Shown here: positions 14,302-25,804 of the stretch, one piece after another
Layout: each line of letters starts with the position of its first letter
Numbering within the stretch: position 1 is the first letter of the stretch
Assembly: GCA_001244265.2 (NCBI GenBank)
Contig: CDLV01000014.1
Span: 1,178,001 to 1,242,000, forward strand
Length of the DNA stretch: 64,000 nt
Direction: 5' to 3'
DNA from: Microbotryum violaceum
Lineage: Eukaryota
Notes under the pieces: model-generated
The model's input: the letters and a program-made list of their open reading frames with translations, nothing else
Told to the model about the DNA's origin: nothing
The model's database searches: none
Made by a program: the position numbers and the translations under genes

Positions 14302-16685
14302 TCACGACATATTGCTCTGCCAAGTCATGGTGGTCCGATAATCAGCATTCATTCCTAGCTCCTATGGACGGCGGGTCGGGTCAATGAAAACACTCCTTTT
14401 CCTCGGACTCACGAACGAAAACCCGCTTTGCGGAGCCGCAAGGTCCGATTGGAACGCGAACGCGCCTTGGGAATCGACCTGGGCCGCTTGAATACCAGTG
14501 TCGTCGCCTTCGTCCTCCGGATAGTACGTATCCATGAGATGGAAGCACTTCTTGTAGATCTCCAGATTCTCGTGGTGCTGGAGGTTGTGGATGGCAAGCA
14601 TGCCACCAGCCTCCTCGACAAACACAGCGTACTGATTGGTGCCGTTGTGCTGCGTTTTGTCAGCCTCGCCAACTTTGAGAATATTTTCGAGGCCGTCGAG
14701 GGCGACCTGGATGATCTTGTTGTCATTGCTCGTCAAAAGGTCGCACAAGGGTTTGATGCAGCCCTGGCTGACGAGATAGCGGATCTGGCTCGGTTCTTGG
14801 AGACCACCGGACGTCGCATTCGACATCGCCCAGCAAGCTTCTTTCTTGGTCTTGAAATCGGCATGTTGGAGGATGTTGATCAGAGGCGGTATTATGTTGG
14901 CGTCAATGACAGCTTGGATCTGGGCGGGAGATCCGGCTGTTACGTTCGACACAGTCCAACATGCCTCTTTTCGGATCCCTTCCTTGGGCGAGGACAGCAA
15001 AGACAGCAAAGCTGGAAGTGCGCCCGACGCAAGCACGACCTGGGTCTGCAAGTCATCGCCCGTCACAATGTTGCCCACGGATCGTAGGGCCGGCGTCTGC
15101 ACCGCTGTGGAGTGGTGCATCAGCAAGTCTACGAGCCGACGAACGACGCCTGATTCGATGACCGCCTGGATTTTGTCGCTCGAGCCGTCTGAGAGGTACG
15201 AGATCGCCCAACACGCATCGATAAGCACCTCGTCATCGAGCGAGTAAATGAGCTTGGTCAGGATCGACAGCGCTGGAGAAATAAGCTCCCATTGCGGTTG
15301 AGGGTTTTTGCCGCGGCAGAAGTTGGAGAGCGTCCACGTGGCGTTGCGCAGCATGCTCATCTTGTGTGGCTCGTTCAGCAGCGCCAACAGCGGGCGCAAT
15401 GCGCCTTGCTCAAGTACGTAGTCGCGGCATTTCGGCGAGTCTCCCGCAATATTTCCCAGGGCCCATACTGCTTGTTCGCGCACGTCGAGAACGTTCGACG
15501 ATAGCAATTCGATGAAAACCGGCACGGCGCCAGACTCGATCACAACTTGAGTGTGTTCAGATGTCCCCGAGGCAATATTCTGAGGCCCCGAATGAAGCAG
15601 AACTGTGGTCAGATTGCGAGTGGGTGGCTATGCAGACGTCCAGCTGGCCCCGAAGCCCGGGAACTCACGGTCAAGGCCCAAGCGGCTTCGAACTGCCGTG
15701 ACGAGCGATGGGATACATACGGCAATTAGTGCGTTACACATTTGAGTAGCGTTAGGCGCCAAAGTAAGTGTAAGCGCAACTGACCTGGATCATGGAATGC
15801 TCATTGCGCAGGAACTCGACGAAACGAGCCACGACGCCACATTCAATAACCTTCTCGATCGGCGGATTTCGCTCCTTGGACAAGAGCTTGCGGAAGCGAG
15901 TTGTCGCGTCAAGCTGTTGGTCGGGTTGGTCGGAGAATACACCTCGAATCATGTCGGGCATGTCGCTGAACTGTATACAAGTAGTGGCGGGGGAGAGGAA
16001 GGCACGGTCAACCGGGGCGTACAGAGCGTCGACTTCGCCGACGGATGACACCGTCCTTGCTGGGAGCGCAGAGCAGAGTAAGACCTTTAAATTGACTAAC
16101 CGAAGAGTCATTTCCCCCCTCATCGTCAGAGTCTGCAGCTGAGCCCGAATTGGGTGCGACGACGAGGTTGCGCCTCTTGGCGACCGACTCCTCTCGCTTC
16201 TGTTTGCGGATCTCAACCTGCGCTTCCTCTCGGCGCCTTCGCAGCTCTACAAATGTTCAAAGAGCACGGATCAGCATAATGCAGCGCGAGACATGACTGG
16301 AAGTCCTGTTCAACGCGGCGAGGGGCGTGGCCACTGTTCATGCGATGCTCAGGCCGGCGCGACGCGCAGGGCGGGCGGTTTGTTGGGAAAGCCCCGCTCT
16401 CGCAGGTATTAGACTTACCTTCGGCGCCAAAAATGCCCTTGTTCTTGTACGCGTTACGGCGCGAGTTACTGCGAGCCAAGGTTTCCGTTGGTGTGCATGT
16501 CCATTGGGCGAAGGATAACGCGTCAGCATCAGCGTCGTCAGTGCCATCTCGTAACGAAGAAAGGGCAAAATGCATGAACAGGCGCTGCAGAAGACGAATG
16601 GTGGTTGTGCCACCCGTGCTCCGTGCCAGCTATCCCACCCGATGCCAGTATGCCCCCAAAGAACTCACGTGGCTTGACGATCCAT
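14302..16685 (-). CDS. SRP1: Importin subunit alpha (karyopherin alpha), multi-exon
   Basis: IBB domain (RRNAYKNKG...[19 protein letters not shown]...KRR) and ARM repeats ([29 protein letters not shown]). Start MDRQAT at 16685; inferred last micro-exon SNMS* ends at 14302. Confidence 0.95.
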
Positions 16686-16811
16686 TTCTAGTCGTGGCAG
16701 TTGTCGTTGCGTTCAGCTCTGGGCGGTGGTCGGACGAAGCGCGAGCGTGCAGGCGACTTCACTGCGAGACGCGGGAGCGAGTGGCCCGCGATAGCCTTAG
16801 CAGGCCTAAGG

Positions 16812-18020
16812 TTTTTTATTTTTTTGATTGATATTTGTTTGATAGACTTCATTAACAGCATAATTATATTAATACCTAGAAATTTTCGGAAAAGTCGGAG
16901 GGAATGCTGTTACGCACACTGGCAGAAACCAGTAGTGTAGGACTCATTGACCCTGAAACAGGATCAACCATACCCACTAAAACCCCCTTTGGTGTCTTAC
17001 AGAGACACTAGGCGACCCTTGGACTCCTGGATCTCGAACTCCGTTTCGGTGATCGGTTCTGAAGGATCCGACGAAAATCGGCGACGGCGACAGAGCTTCC
17101 AGATCGAGTGAAAGAAGAGGACTCGTAGTTCGACAAGTCGACGTTCCGAGCGAGACACGACCGGACATACAAAGTCCACAAAGACTGGGTGGGGGGTCGT
17201 GGACAGAGCAGACCAGAGACGCCGGGCAAATGGGCAGCCGACCGCGAGGTGGGCCAGGCACTCGGGTGCTTCCGAGAGGCACATCACACAGGAGGCAGAT
17301 CGATTGTTGGGGTGCGGGCTGGTTGGGGAGGCGACTTGGCTTCCCGGATGGAGGGACCCCAGGGAGAGAACGTGGCCAGTATCCTCGGCGTCCGAGTGAA
17401 CCCGGCGAACCCGCAAAGCCTTCCACCAAGCGTTCCAGCATTGTTCAGGCAGATCGAATACCTTCTGGTGTCCCTTGGGGAAAATAGGAGGGAAGATGAA
17501 GACTTGGTGGCGTTTGGACGCGTTCACAAACGAAGACGAGGTCCTCACCTCGCCATCGGGCCCCCGAAAAGCGTCGGGTTTACCGAGAGTTGTATTCCGT
17601 GGCCCGCTGGGAAGAAGAGTACGTGCGACGCCCAGTGCTCGAGGTTCTGGCTCTTGGAGAGTTCCGGGGGATTGAGCGTAGTCACCAACGCCCAGGCTTC
17701 GAAGTATCGGACCCAACGAGGAGGAAGAATTTTTGTCGTCTTTCTCACCGCATGGTCCCACTTTGGGGGAGGATGGCAAAAGTATGCCCACCAGATCCAG
17801 ATCCAAGGGCCACGTTGCTGGTTGGGGGCCGGTCTGGACAAGGTGAAAGGGGTTGGTTCGTTCGGTGCCTGGAGGCGGATGCGGATGTCGAAGAGGTGGC
17901 TTGTGAAGCAGCCGTCCGGGGCCCGGAGCTGGAAGGCCCACTTCGCGTGATCGATCGCTAGACGCCGAGGCAGATCAATCAAGCCGAAGCCGCCGTGATT
18001 GAGAGGGGTGCAGAGGCGAA
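16812..18020 (-). mobile_element. 5'-truncated non-LTR retrotransposon (L1/Tx1-like), 3' part of ORF2
   Basis: PLNHGGFGLID motif near 17975-18010, a Trp-rich region, a C-terminal CCHC finger (CVMC...HLAVGCPFARRLW...IWKLCRRRRF) and an A-rich tail at 16812-16825. Frameshifted. Confidence 0.85.
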
Positions 18021-18429
18021 GGTAATCAAATCGGAGGGACTTTACACATTAGCGGCGCGTTTGGCCCGGTTGTGCACCGAATTCTTTGGGCGACAAAAGA
18101 GTGGTTTGCTGTATCATGGCAAATATTATATGACTTTTCGCGCGAGCGAAAAACTAAGCTCTTCTAGCTTAAAAAAACAGCATGTGTCAAGTGGGTAGCA
18201 TTGTGATCAACTTGAAGTCAAGCTGCAGCATGCATGCAGCAGCTCAAAGCGTCTTCCAATCCGATCGTAGTAGGCTGACAAAGTAGCAGCAAAGAACGAG
18301 GTCGCATCAAGACGTGGATTGCCGAGCAGGTAGGTAATGCTAGCCATCTACCACAATTTCATATCCCCAAATGATCAACCCGCGAGATTGTAGCTGACAT
18401 CGCGTTATCTCGGAACAGTCTGACCACTG

Positions 18430-18622
18430 CAGGGTTCCCCATTAGATAAGATAATCTCGCAGATATTAGATAGCTATCTAAAAAAATTGGGCTCTGGCCC
18501 TTATCTATCTATCTCCCATCTTAGTCAGATATATTAGATAGATCCCTAGATATCTAATAGTTATCTAAGTGTGGTAAGATGAGATATAGATCGATATCTT
18601 AGGAGATAAGATGCCAGATATC
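18430..18622. repeat. Transposon-end-like region (CAGGG terminus, then AGATA/TATCT motif array)
   Basis: Dense TAGATA/TATCT motifs, with a mirror array ending CCCTG at 31905-32020. No matching TSD found. Confidence 0.45.
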
Positions 18623-19759
18623 TTCGCTTGGAGGCGGTCGATTGGGACTCGTAGGAGCCTGTCGGGTGGCCAGTACCACAATTTACCCTAACTATTACCC
18701 TAACTAGTAAAAAAAAAAAGTGTCGATCCGCGACCATGTAGCGATTTTTGACTGTGTTGCGGCCCTCTGGGCCGCCTATAGTGAATGTACCAATACAGTA
18801 TTGCGTCTGCTGCACCTGCCTGTGATATTGGCGTCCCGACCAGAAGTCATGTACGACCCTTTTCGCATTTTCTGCACCATAAAAGTCGAGCTACAGCCCG
18901 AGGATTTTTTTTGTTTATTTTTAGCGGGGTGCCCAACTATTGAGCAGTTTGTGCGGGCTTTAATGTATAGCAAGCGCGTGGGTTTGCATGACACTTCTTC
19001 TACAGAGCTCAGGCGTGGTCTCGCTGTCGTTGACGCGTTGACGCGCGGACGCGGGCGCCACTAATAAGCTGCGCGATGCCCCGTGGATCACGTGTCGTAT
19101 TTCTGGCATCCCGATACCGGTTTTAGGGGTTCAACAACAACATGAGGTTCCAGGCGCTGTGAATACTCCTGCGAATACTCCCGCGCTACTCTCTCCAATT
19201 TTCGCCTTCTCCCTCCCACTCATCGAATTTGCGTGACAACCGCGCCGAGTCTTTGGCGCGAGGGTACTCGCGCCGTACGATAGAGGACCCCCGAAAGCCC
19301 AGCCAGAGGCGGCCCGCAAATTTGGACATTTTTGGCTCAAAATAGGTCGAGGCTCACCTCATTTTTGGACATTTTCCTCCCTCCGGTCGAATTTTGAAGC
19401 GCAGACCAGGGTAGCGGGAGGCTGGAGGCGCCGGGCATATAGCCGGCCCAGCTGCGCGCGGGTAACCGTCGCGCTGTTTGCGATTTGAGCGCGTTGGTAA
19501 GTGCTGCATTTGCGATCAATCATGGAATCCTATTCGAGTCCATTTCAGTTTGACTCGCGCGACACGCCACCGACCGCGGTCGTGGCACCCAATCACTGGC
19601 ACTCTATACTCTACAAATGTGTCTACAAAGGTGTTCACAATGCCTGTGATCATTAATATCGAACCGAACTTTGCTCTCACCTCCGAGGAATTTGCAATCT
19701 TGAGCCCTGTTGCCGACCTACGCCTCGTTGACCTACTCGCGTACGACCTACCTGCGCCC

Positions 19760-20048
19760 TGTGAGATTGACAACCTCCTGTGTTTCCTTCTCGCATCATG
19801 TCTCCTTTTCTCGGTCTCGTTTTACTTCCTTTGACCTGCCTTTCATACCTTAGCTCTCTTCCTTTCTGGGCTGGGTCCGTGCGCCTGACACAGGTGGCTG
19901 GCCCAGCTGCGCGCTCACCCGAGCCAACTGGCTCCGCGCTTCTCTTTCTCCTGCTCAAGCAACTTCTTGGTCTGGTCTCCTTGGTCCGTCGATCAGAGCC
20001 TTACCACCGCTTGAGCAGGTGTTCGTCGCAACTTCATAGAGCGTCTTC

Positions 20049-20079
<31 letters not shown>

Positions 20080-20574
20080 TATGAAGTTGCGACGAACACC
20101 TGCTCAAGCGGTGGTAAGGCTCTGATCGACGGACCAAGGAGACCAGACCAAGAAGTTGCTTCAAATTACACACCTGCTCAAGCGGTGGTAAGGCTCTGAT
20201 CGACGGACCAAGGAGACCAGACCAGGAAGTTGCTTCAAATTACACACCTGCTCAAGCACTACAGTGAGTTATAATAGCTAGTAAAAGTAAAGGAAGAAGG
20301 AAGTGTAGTGCTCACCTGCTCAAGCGGTGGTAAGGCTCTGATCGACGGACCAAGGAGACCAGACCAAGAAGTTGCTTGAGCAGGAGAAAGAGAAGCGCGG
20401 AGCCAGTTGGCTCGGGTGAGCGCGCAGCTGGGCCAGCCACCTGTGTCAGGCGCACGGACCCAGCCCAGAAAGGAAGAGAGCTAAGGTGTGAAAGGCAGGT
20501 CAAAGGAAGTAAAACGAGACCGAGAAAAGGAGACATGATGCGAGAAGGAAACACAGGAGGTTGTCAATCTCACA
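19760..20574. mobile_element. Palindromic insert of two inverted Copia-type LTRs (815 bp)
   Basis: TGTGAG...CTCACA termini and 5-bp TSD CGCCC (19755-19759, 20575-20579). ~260-bp inverted arms, with PBS GGTTATGAGCCC on the minus strand near 20069-20080. Removal restores LPAP|DASLRL. Confidence 0.85.
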
Positions 20575-23500
20575 CGCCCGACGCTTCTCTCCGACTTGCT
20601 CTATCGAAAAATGACCCTCGACATTTTGACGCGCTGCAACGCCCCTCGAAGCAATCTATCAGGAAGTTTTCCGATCAAAGCTTTCTATCCTTGGCTTATC
20701 TCGATGGCTATCGATCTATCGCCGTATCGGGGTCGTCATTGCGCCTTCCTCTCGATGCCTCGGCGTTATGGGCCCATCTCGACAAGGCAGAAAAAATTCG
20801 ATATATCATCCACAACATTCAAGAATGGATTCCTCGATTAGCTAACGCCGACGCGATTCGGGAGCGTGAGCTTGCCAGTGCTCGTCATCACCTCACTCGC
20901 ATACGTTGGACAGCTGTCGACCGCGTCTATTTTCGAGGTCGATCTACACGCCTCCAAGACTTTCTACAGATCCTCAGTGAGTTTGCATCCTCTTGACTCA
21001 TCCATGAGTCGATCCCGGATACTGATGTGGGTAGAATCTTGCGTGTGTCTGCAGGCTCCGCCTGGTACTCCGAAACACACATGGATTGGATGCTCGAGAG
21101 CGTCCTAGCATCAGCACCATCGTCTCTTCGATTCGTTGCCTTGCCCGCCTGGTTCTTATCCGATGCCATCAGGTTGAACCGACGAGGAGCGCGGATCGAG
21201 CATTTTGACAATGTCAAATTTGACGAACTGCATCATTTGGGGCTTGCCTCGCTGTCGGATCTGCGCCGACTCGGACTCATCGAAAGGGACAACGATATCA
21301 TCTGCTTCGTTCCCATTTGCCAAAAGGAGCATTGGTATCTCGTCCGCATCGACGCAAAACAGCAAGCCTGGAGTCTGGCCAACTCGATGCCCAGCCTGCC
21401 GCCAGCTTCCGATCTCGTTACTGGAGTACTCGATCTCATCGCCTACCTCGGGATCGCACTCAAACACAAAAGCTTTCAAGTCCTACCGATCGCCGTCCAA
21501 GGCGATTCTCATTCGTGCGGTCCTGCATGCATCAGTGTGGTCGAGGAAGAACTGCTCCGACTTGAGCCCTTTGACCCTCGGCACTCAAAGATGCTGCGTC
21601 TTCGCCAATTCGATCGGATCGCTCAGCAAATACTCCAAGAAGCGGACGAGAATGATGACGGTGATATCGAAATGTACTCCCTGGACGTCTTGGAGAGTGA
21701 TCAAGACAGCGCCTCGGAACTTGATGACAAAGACGTGATTATGTCGCATTCCACTGACTTGACAGCCGATCAGTTCCCCCCTCTGCCTTCGTTGCGAGCT
21801 TCAACTTCGTCGTCTCCGTCACCTCCTACATCGCCATCAGCGTCACCGTCAACGCCACCGTCGAATGCCGCAGCTGTAGTTGCAGCGCGGAACCTTCGCG
21901 CGGACTGGTCAAGTGTTTTCGGTAAAACGGCGAATACTGCATTTGATGCTGCACTTCCATGTCGTCCTTTACGAGCACAGCCATCAATCCCACTACCGCC
22001 GACTGTAGCTTCTGCACCTGTGGCAAAGCTTCGTGGAGATTGGTCAAGGCTGTTTGGAACACCAACGATGCCGGTTGTAGTCAGGCCTCCCAAGCACCCC
22101 GTCGATGAATCCGAGATGCGAGAAAAAAGAGGTTCGCGATCGAAAGCCCGCACGCAAAGCGCAATGGACGACGCGGCAAAGGCGCTGAAGCTTCAAGAGA
22201 AGTTGACTCGGTATACCCGCGAGATCAAAGAGGCATGTCCAGGCTCAAAAGTCTCCAGTACCGACCTGCGCGTCGTAATCTGTGATGCTTGCCGCAAGCA
22301 CATTAGGGTCAAAGGGAGTTTCCAACCGTCTCGATTCAGAGACCACCTCAAAGGAGCCAGCTGCCGCACCAACCGTTTGAATCCCCGCATCACTGGGTTA
22401 CTACCCAAGGTTTCCGATTTCTCGACATGGGCGAAGACTCCTGACGCCATCACGCCTTGCCCAGGTCTTACAACTCCCACTTGTCTGGATTACCTAACGC
22501 GCACATCCGCTCCAGGAGGTGGTGCATCAAGACGAAGGGATCTCATCATACAGGTGTACCCAGCCAAAAAAGTCGAGAAAAATATCCTACTTGACAAGGA
22601 CGAGGGGACGCAGGTGAATCTTCACGAGAGGGACGTTCTAGAATGGCGTAATGACCATGTCTTGCAATGCGTCAAGAGCAGGACATGTCTGGGAGCAGCA
22701 GGATACAGCCCAACCAGTGGACTACGGGCCAATTCTTGTAAGGAATGCCTCAAGGTAGCCGGCAATTGTCTCTTTACAGCGGTTCTTCGTTATAAAGCGG
22801 CGCCCACGGAGACGCAGAGGTTCACCAACCAGAGGTTCTGCGCTGGGGACACGCTCGTCACGTCGATATATCGACGGTGCAATGGTCTGGAGGAACTCTT
22901 TAACTCGCACGACAAGCCAAGCCTGTTCCTCCGATTTGCGCAGAAGATGGCGTCCGGCCAATTGCAAGGCCACGCCATTATGGATGGCATGATCCGTGCT
23001 GCGGTTACCAAGAGCGAACGAACAGATGCCGGCAAGACAATGCGTGGATTCGTGCGAACCCAAGCTTTGGTCAACTTTGAGCAAGCCATTGCAATGGCAT
23101 CGCCTGCCGCCCTGCGAGTCCTGCAAATGTCTATCGGCGCGTCATCAAATCGGAAGCTTCAGTGAGTTGTACAATGGGCTGATGTTGTTGTCTGCTGTGA
23201 GCCAGGTTACTGAATTCGTACATCGCCTGCCTCAATTGCTCGTATCACAGACAAGTTCGGAGCACGGTACACAAACTACGATTTGAACAGGACCTTGAAC
23301 ACATTGCTGCTATTGCCAGTGAAACCTCGGCCGGCGCTGCAACATTCTACCCTCCATGTGGACGATACTTGTTTGAGACCCCGGATTCGGACCACCCCAA
23401 TCTATGACAACTTCACGTCCGAAGAACGGCACACTGTGATTGGGGTCGAAGGAGGTTCAATCACCTATTCAACTCAAGAAGAGCTACAGGCGATCTTCAA

Positions 23501-25603
23501 CTCCGATGATCCCCCAATTGCGGGCACCAAGGTATGTTCTGCGTGATTTAACTGTGCGTCGTGAACTGAAGGCCGACTAATTTTTTCGGCACGTCTTCTA
23601 GGTGCGCATGTACATGATAGCTTCAAACGCGGTCGGCTCGACAGCAAAACTCCTTGCGGCTTTTGTGATCGGCGAGAAGACTGACACCACTGCCGCCGCG
23701 GAGGAGCTCGGTGGCTTGCTTGAGCTCCCAGTGAATTTCGGAGTGGCACACTTGCTGGTATCAATCTCCGCCGATGGGGCCGCAACAGAAGGCGTTATTC
23801 AACGCAAGACAATGGAGCGCTTGAACGAGATTGAACCATCACCGGTATCGTGCACATACATTCTACCTCGTCCACAGAGCAACGACTTCTTTTCCGCAAT
23901 CGTCATCAGATCGGCGCTAATGGGGGGCACACCCGTCGTCTTCTGCCGCGATGAGAAACACGTCGCCAAGAATTGTCGAAACGCCCTCGACACAGGTGCG
24001 CGTTGCATCATTGGCGGCATGGGATGCTTCACTTTTCGGGATCTCCTGAAGTTAGTTGATACGACACTGCCTACGGAACTTCGTACTTTGTATCGACGAG
24101 ATGTGCTTCGCCGTGATTGACAAGACGACAATGCGACACATCGAGCCTTTGGTTTTGAGACACTTGACAATGTCATACGGCTCGCGCGTGTTGGCAAGAT
24201 AGATCAAGAAGGGGTCATCATACTCTTCCTTTTTGGCGAGAGGGCATCCACGACGCAATTCAAAATCGCGAGCTACCACATGCTGAACGGGTTCTTATGC
24301 TCTTGACCGTTCGTTATGCCCTGGAGGGATGGACGAAATTTGCGGAGTCCCAACCGCGCAGTTCTCCCTACAACTTCCTCAGTCCTCAGACACTGGATGG
24401 CATCTATCGAGTGGTCGAGGGCTACATAGCACTTGTTCGGAATTATCGGAACTATTGGCCGCAGGAGGCGTTTATTCCCTGGAGACACGGGACCGAGATG
24501 GTCGAACACTTCTTTGGAACATTGCGCAAGATTGTGAAGGAGTTTGATGCTCTGGACTTCCTCCAAGTACGTCTTCCTCCTTGACAAATCACTTGCAAGA
24601 CTGAACCTATCTATGGCTTTCCTTTCCTCAGTCATATGCCAAAGTCGAGGTACTACAGCGTGCGATGCATCAACTTGGCACAGATGCGGCTGGCTCCGCG
24701 CAAGGTTACCATCACACCTACCAAAACCTGCACAACCTCAATTTGACTGCGCTCGGTACCTATCCGGGCGATGGCGACATCGAGGCCATCGCTGTTAAAG
24801 CTGCGCTTGCGGCAAGCGACATTCTCAAAGGACTTCGCATGTGGGACATCATCGAGGAACGGGACATCGAGAAACGCAAGCAAGCTCCTCTCCCTGACAT
24901 CCTGGTCGATGGTTAAGTCTCAGTCATTTTCACTTATCTCATCTGCTACAAGTGACATGACACTTACAGGTCGTTTAACTTGCTCTCGATAGATGAGGCA
25001 ACATCGGCCGTTCGCCAAGGTGTCCCTCCGAACGTGGACGAGGCTGGTCTGAACCAAGTCCTCGATCGTCTCCGTCTTATCGGATCGGAGCCATTACCGT
25101 GTATTCTGCGACGCGAGGAACGCGACGCGATTTTGAGCGCGTTTCTTTCGGTGACTGCGCTTGACATTGACCAGGAAGCTCGCATGTACGTATCTTGGTG
25201 TTTGAGAGCAAAACGATCACTAACAACCGTATATTGAACCCTCAGCGATGCTGTTGATGCTGGCTTCGATCAAGCCGATGCAGAAGAAGAAGATCGACAG
25301 CTTCAAACAATCCTGGCCGAAGCATGCCATGAGCATGAGCAATCCGTGAGTGAACACAGTTTTCGGTTGATCGATGCATTTACTGATACAGACCCATGTT
25401 CTCAACCAGTGGGAAGCGCCCCCGTACCCGCGTCATCTTTTAGAGAAGGGGGCCCTCTACTCTGTCCCCACACTCGACTTGGACAGCTTGCTCGCTCAAC
25501 GACGTGCACACCAATGCCGACACCTCGAGAAGATCAAGTTTAAAGGTGGCGCGCAGAACGTAGCGTCAGATCCACCCTTTGCTCAAGACCGAACCGAGCA
25601 CCG

Positions 25604-25804
25604 TGAAAGGCACGAGATTGCTCTCGAGCCTCACTGGTTCCGAGTCCAAACTGAAAGGATCAAACGGTGTAATTCGCAGGCGAAGAAAGACTACTAAAAG
25701 GACTAAGGTCAAGAGACGCGGCGGCGCCGCGCGCGAGGGCAAGCGTGAGGCCGCAGAGGTCGGCTCGAGGTCGTCGTGAGGCGTAAGCGGAGCGGCGCCT
25801 TACA
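25604..25804 (-). mobile_element. Solo LTR (201 bp), related to 5753-5990
   Basis: TGAAAGGCACGAGAT...GCGCCTTACA and 5-bp TSD CACCG (25599-25603, 25805-25809). Removal restores TEH|RGNVHS. Confidence 0.9.

Noticed and set aside
18683-18707. Telomere-like CCCTAA motifs
   Set aside because: Only two copies of a 12-bp unit, too short to call an interstitial telomere.
20097-20400. Repeated ~65-bp units with short spacers, superficially CRISPR-like
   Set aside because: Eukaryotic context, the repeats are too long, two spacers are identical, no cas genes are present, and the units are internal LTR tandem repeats.
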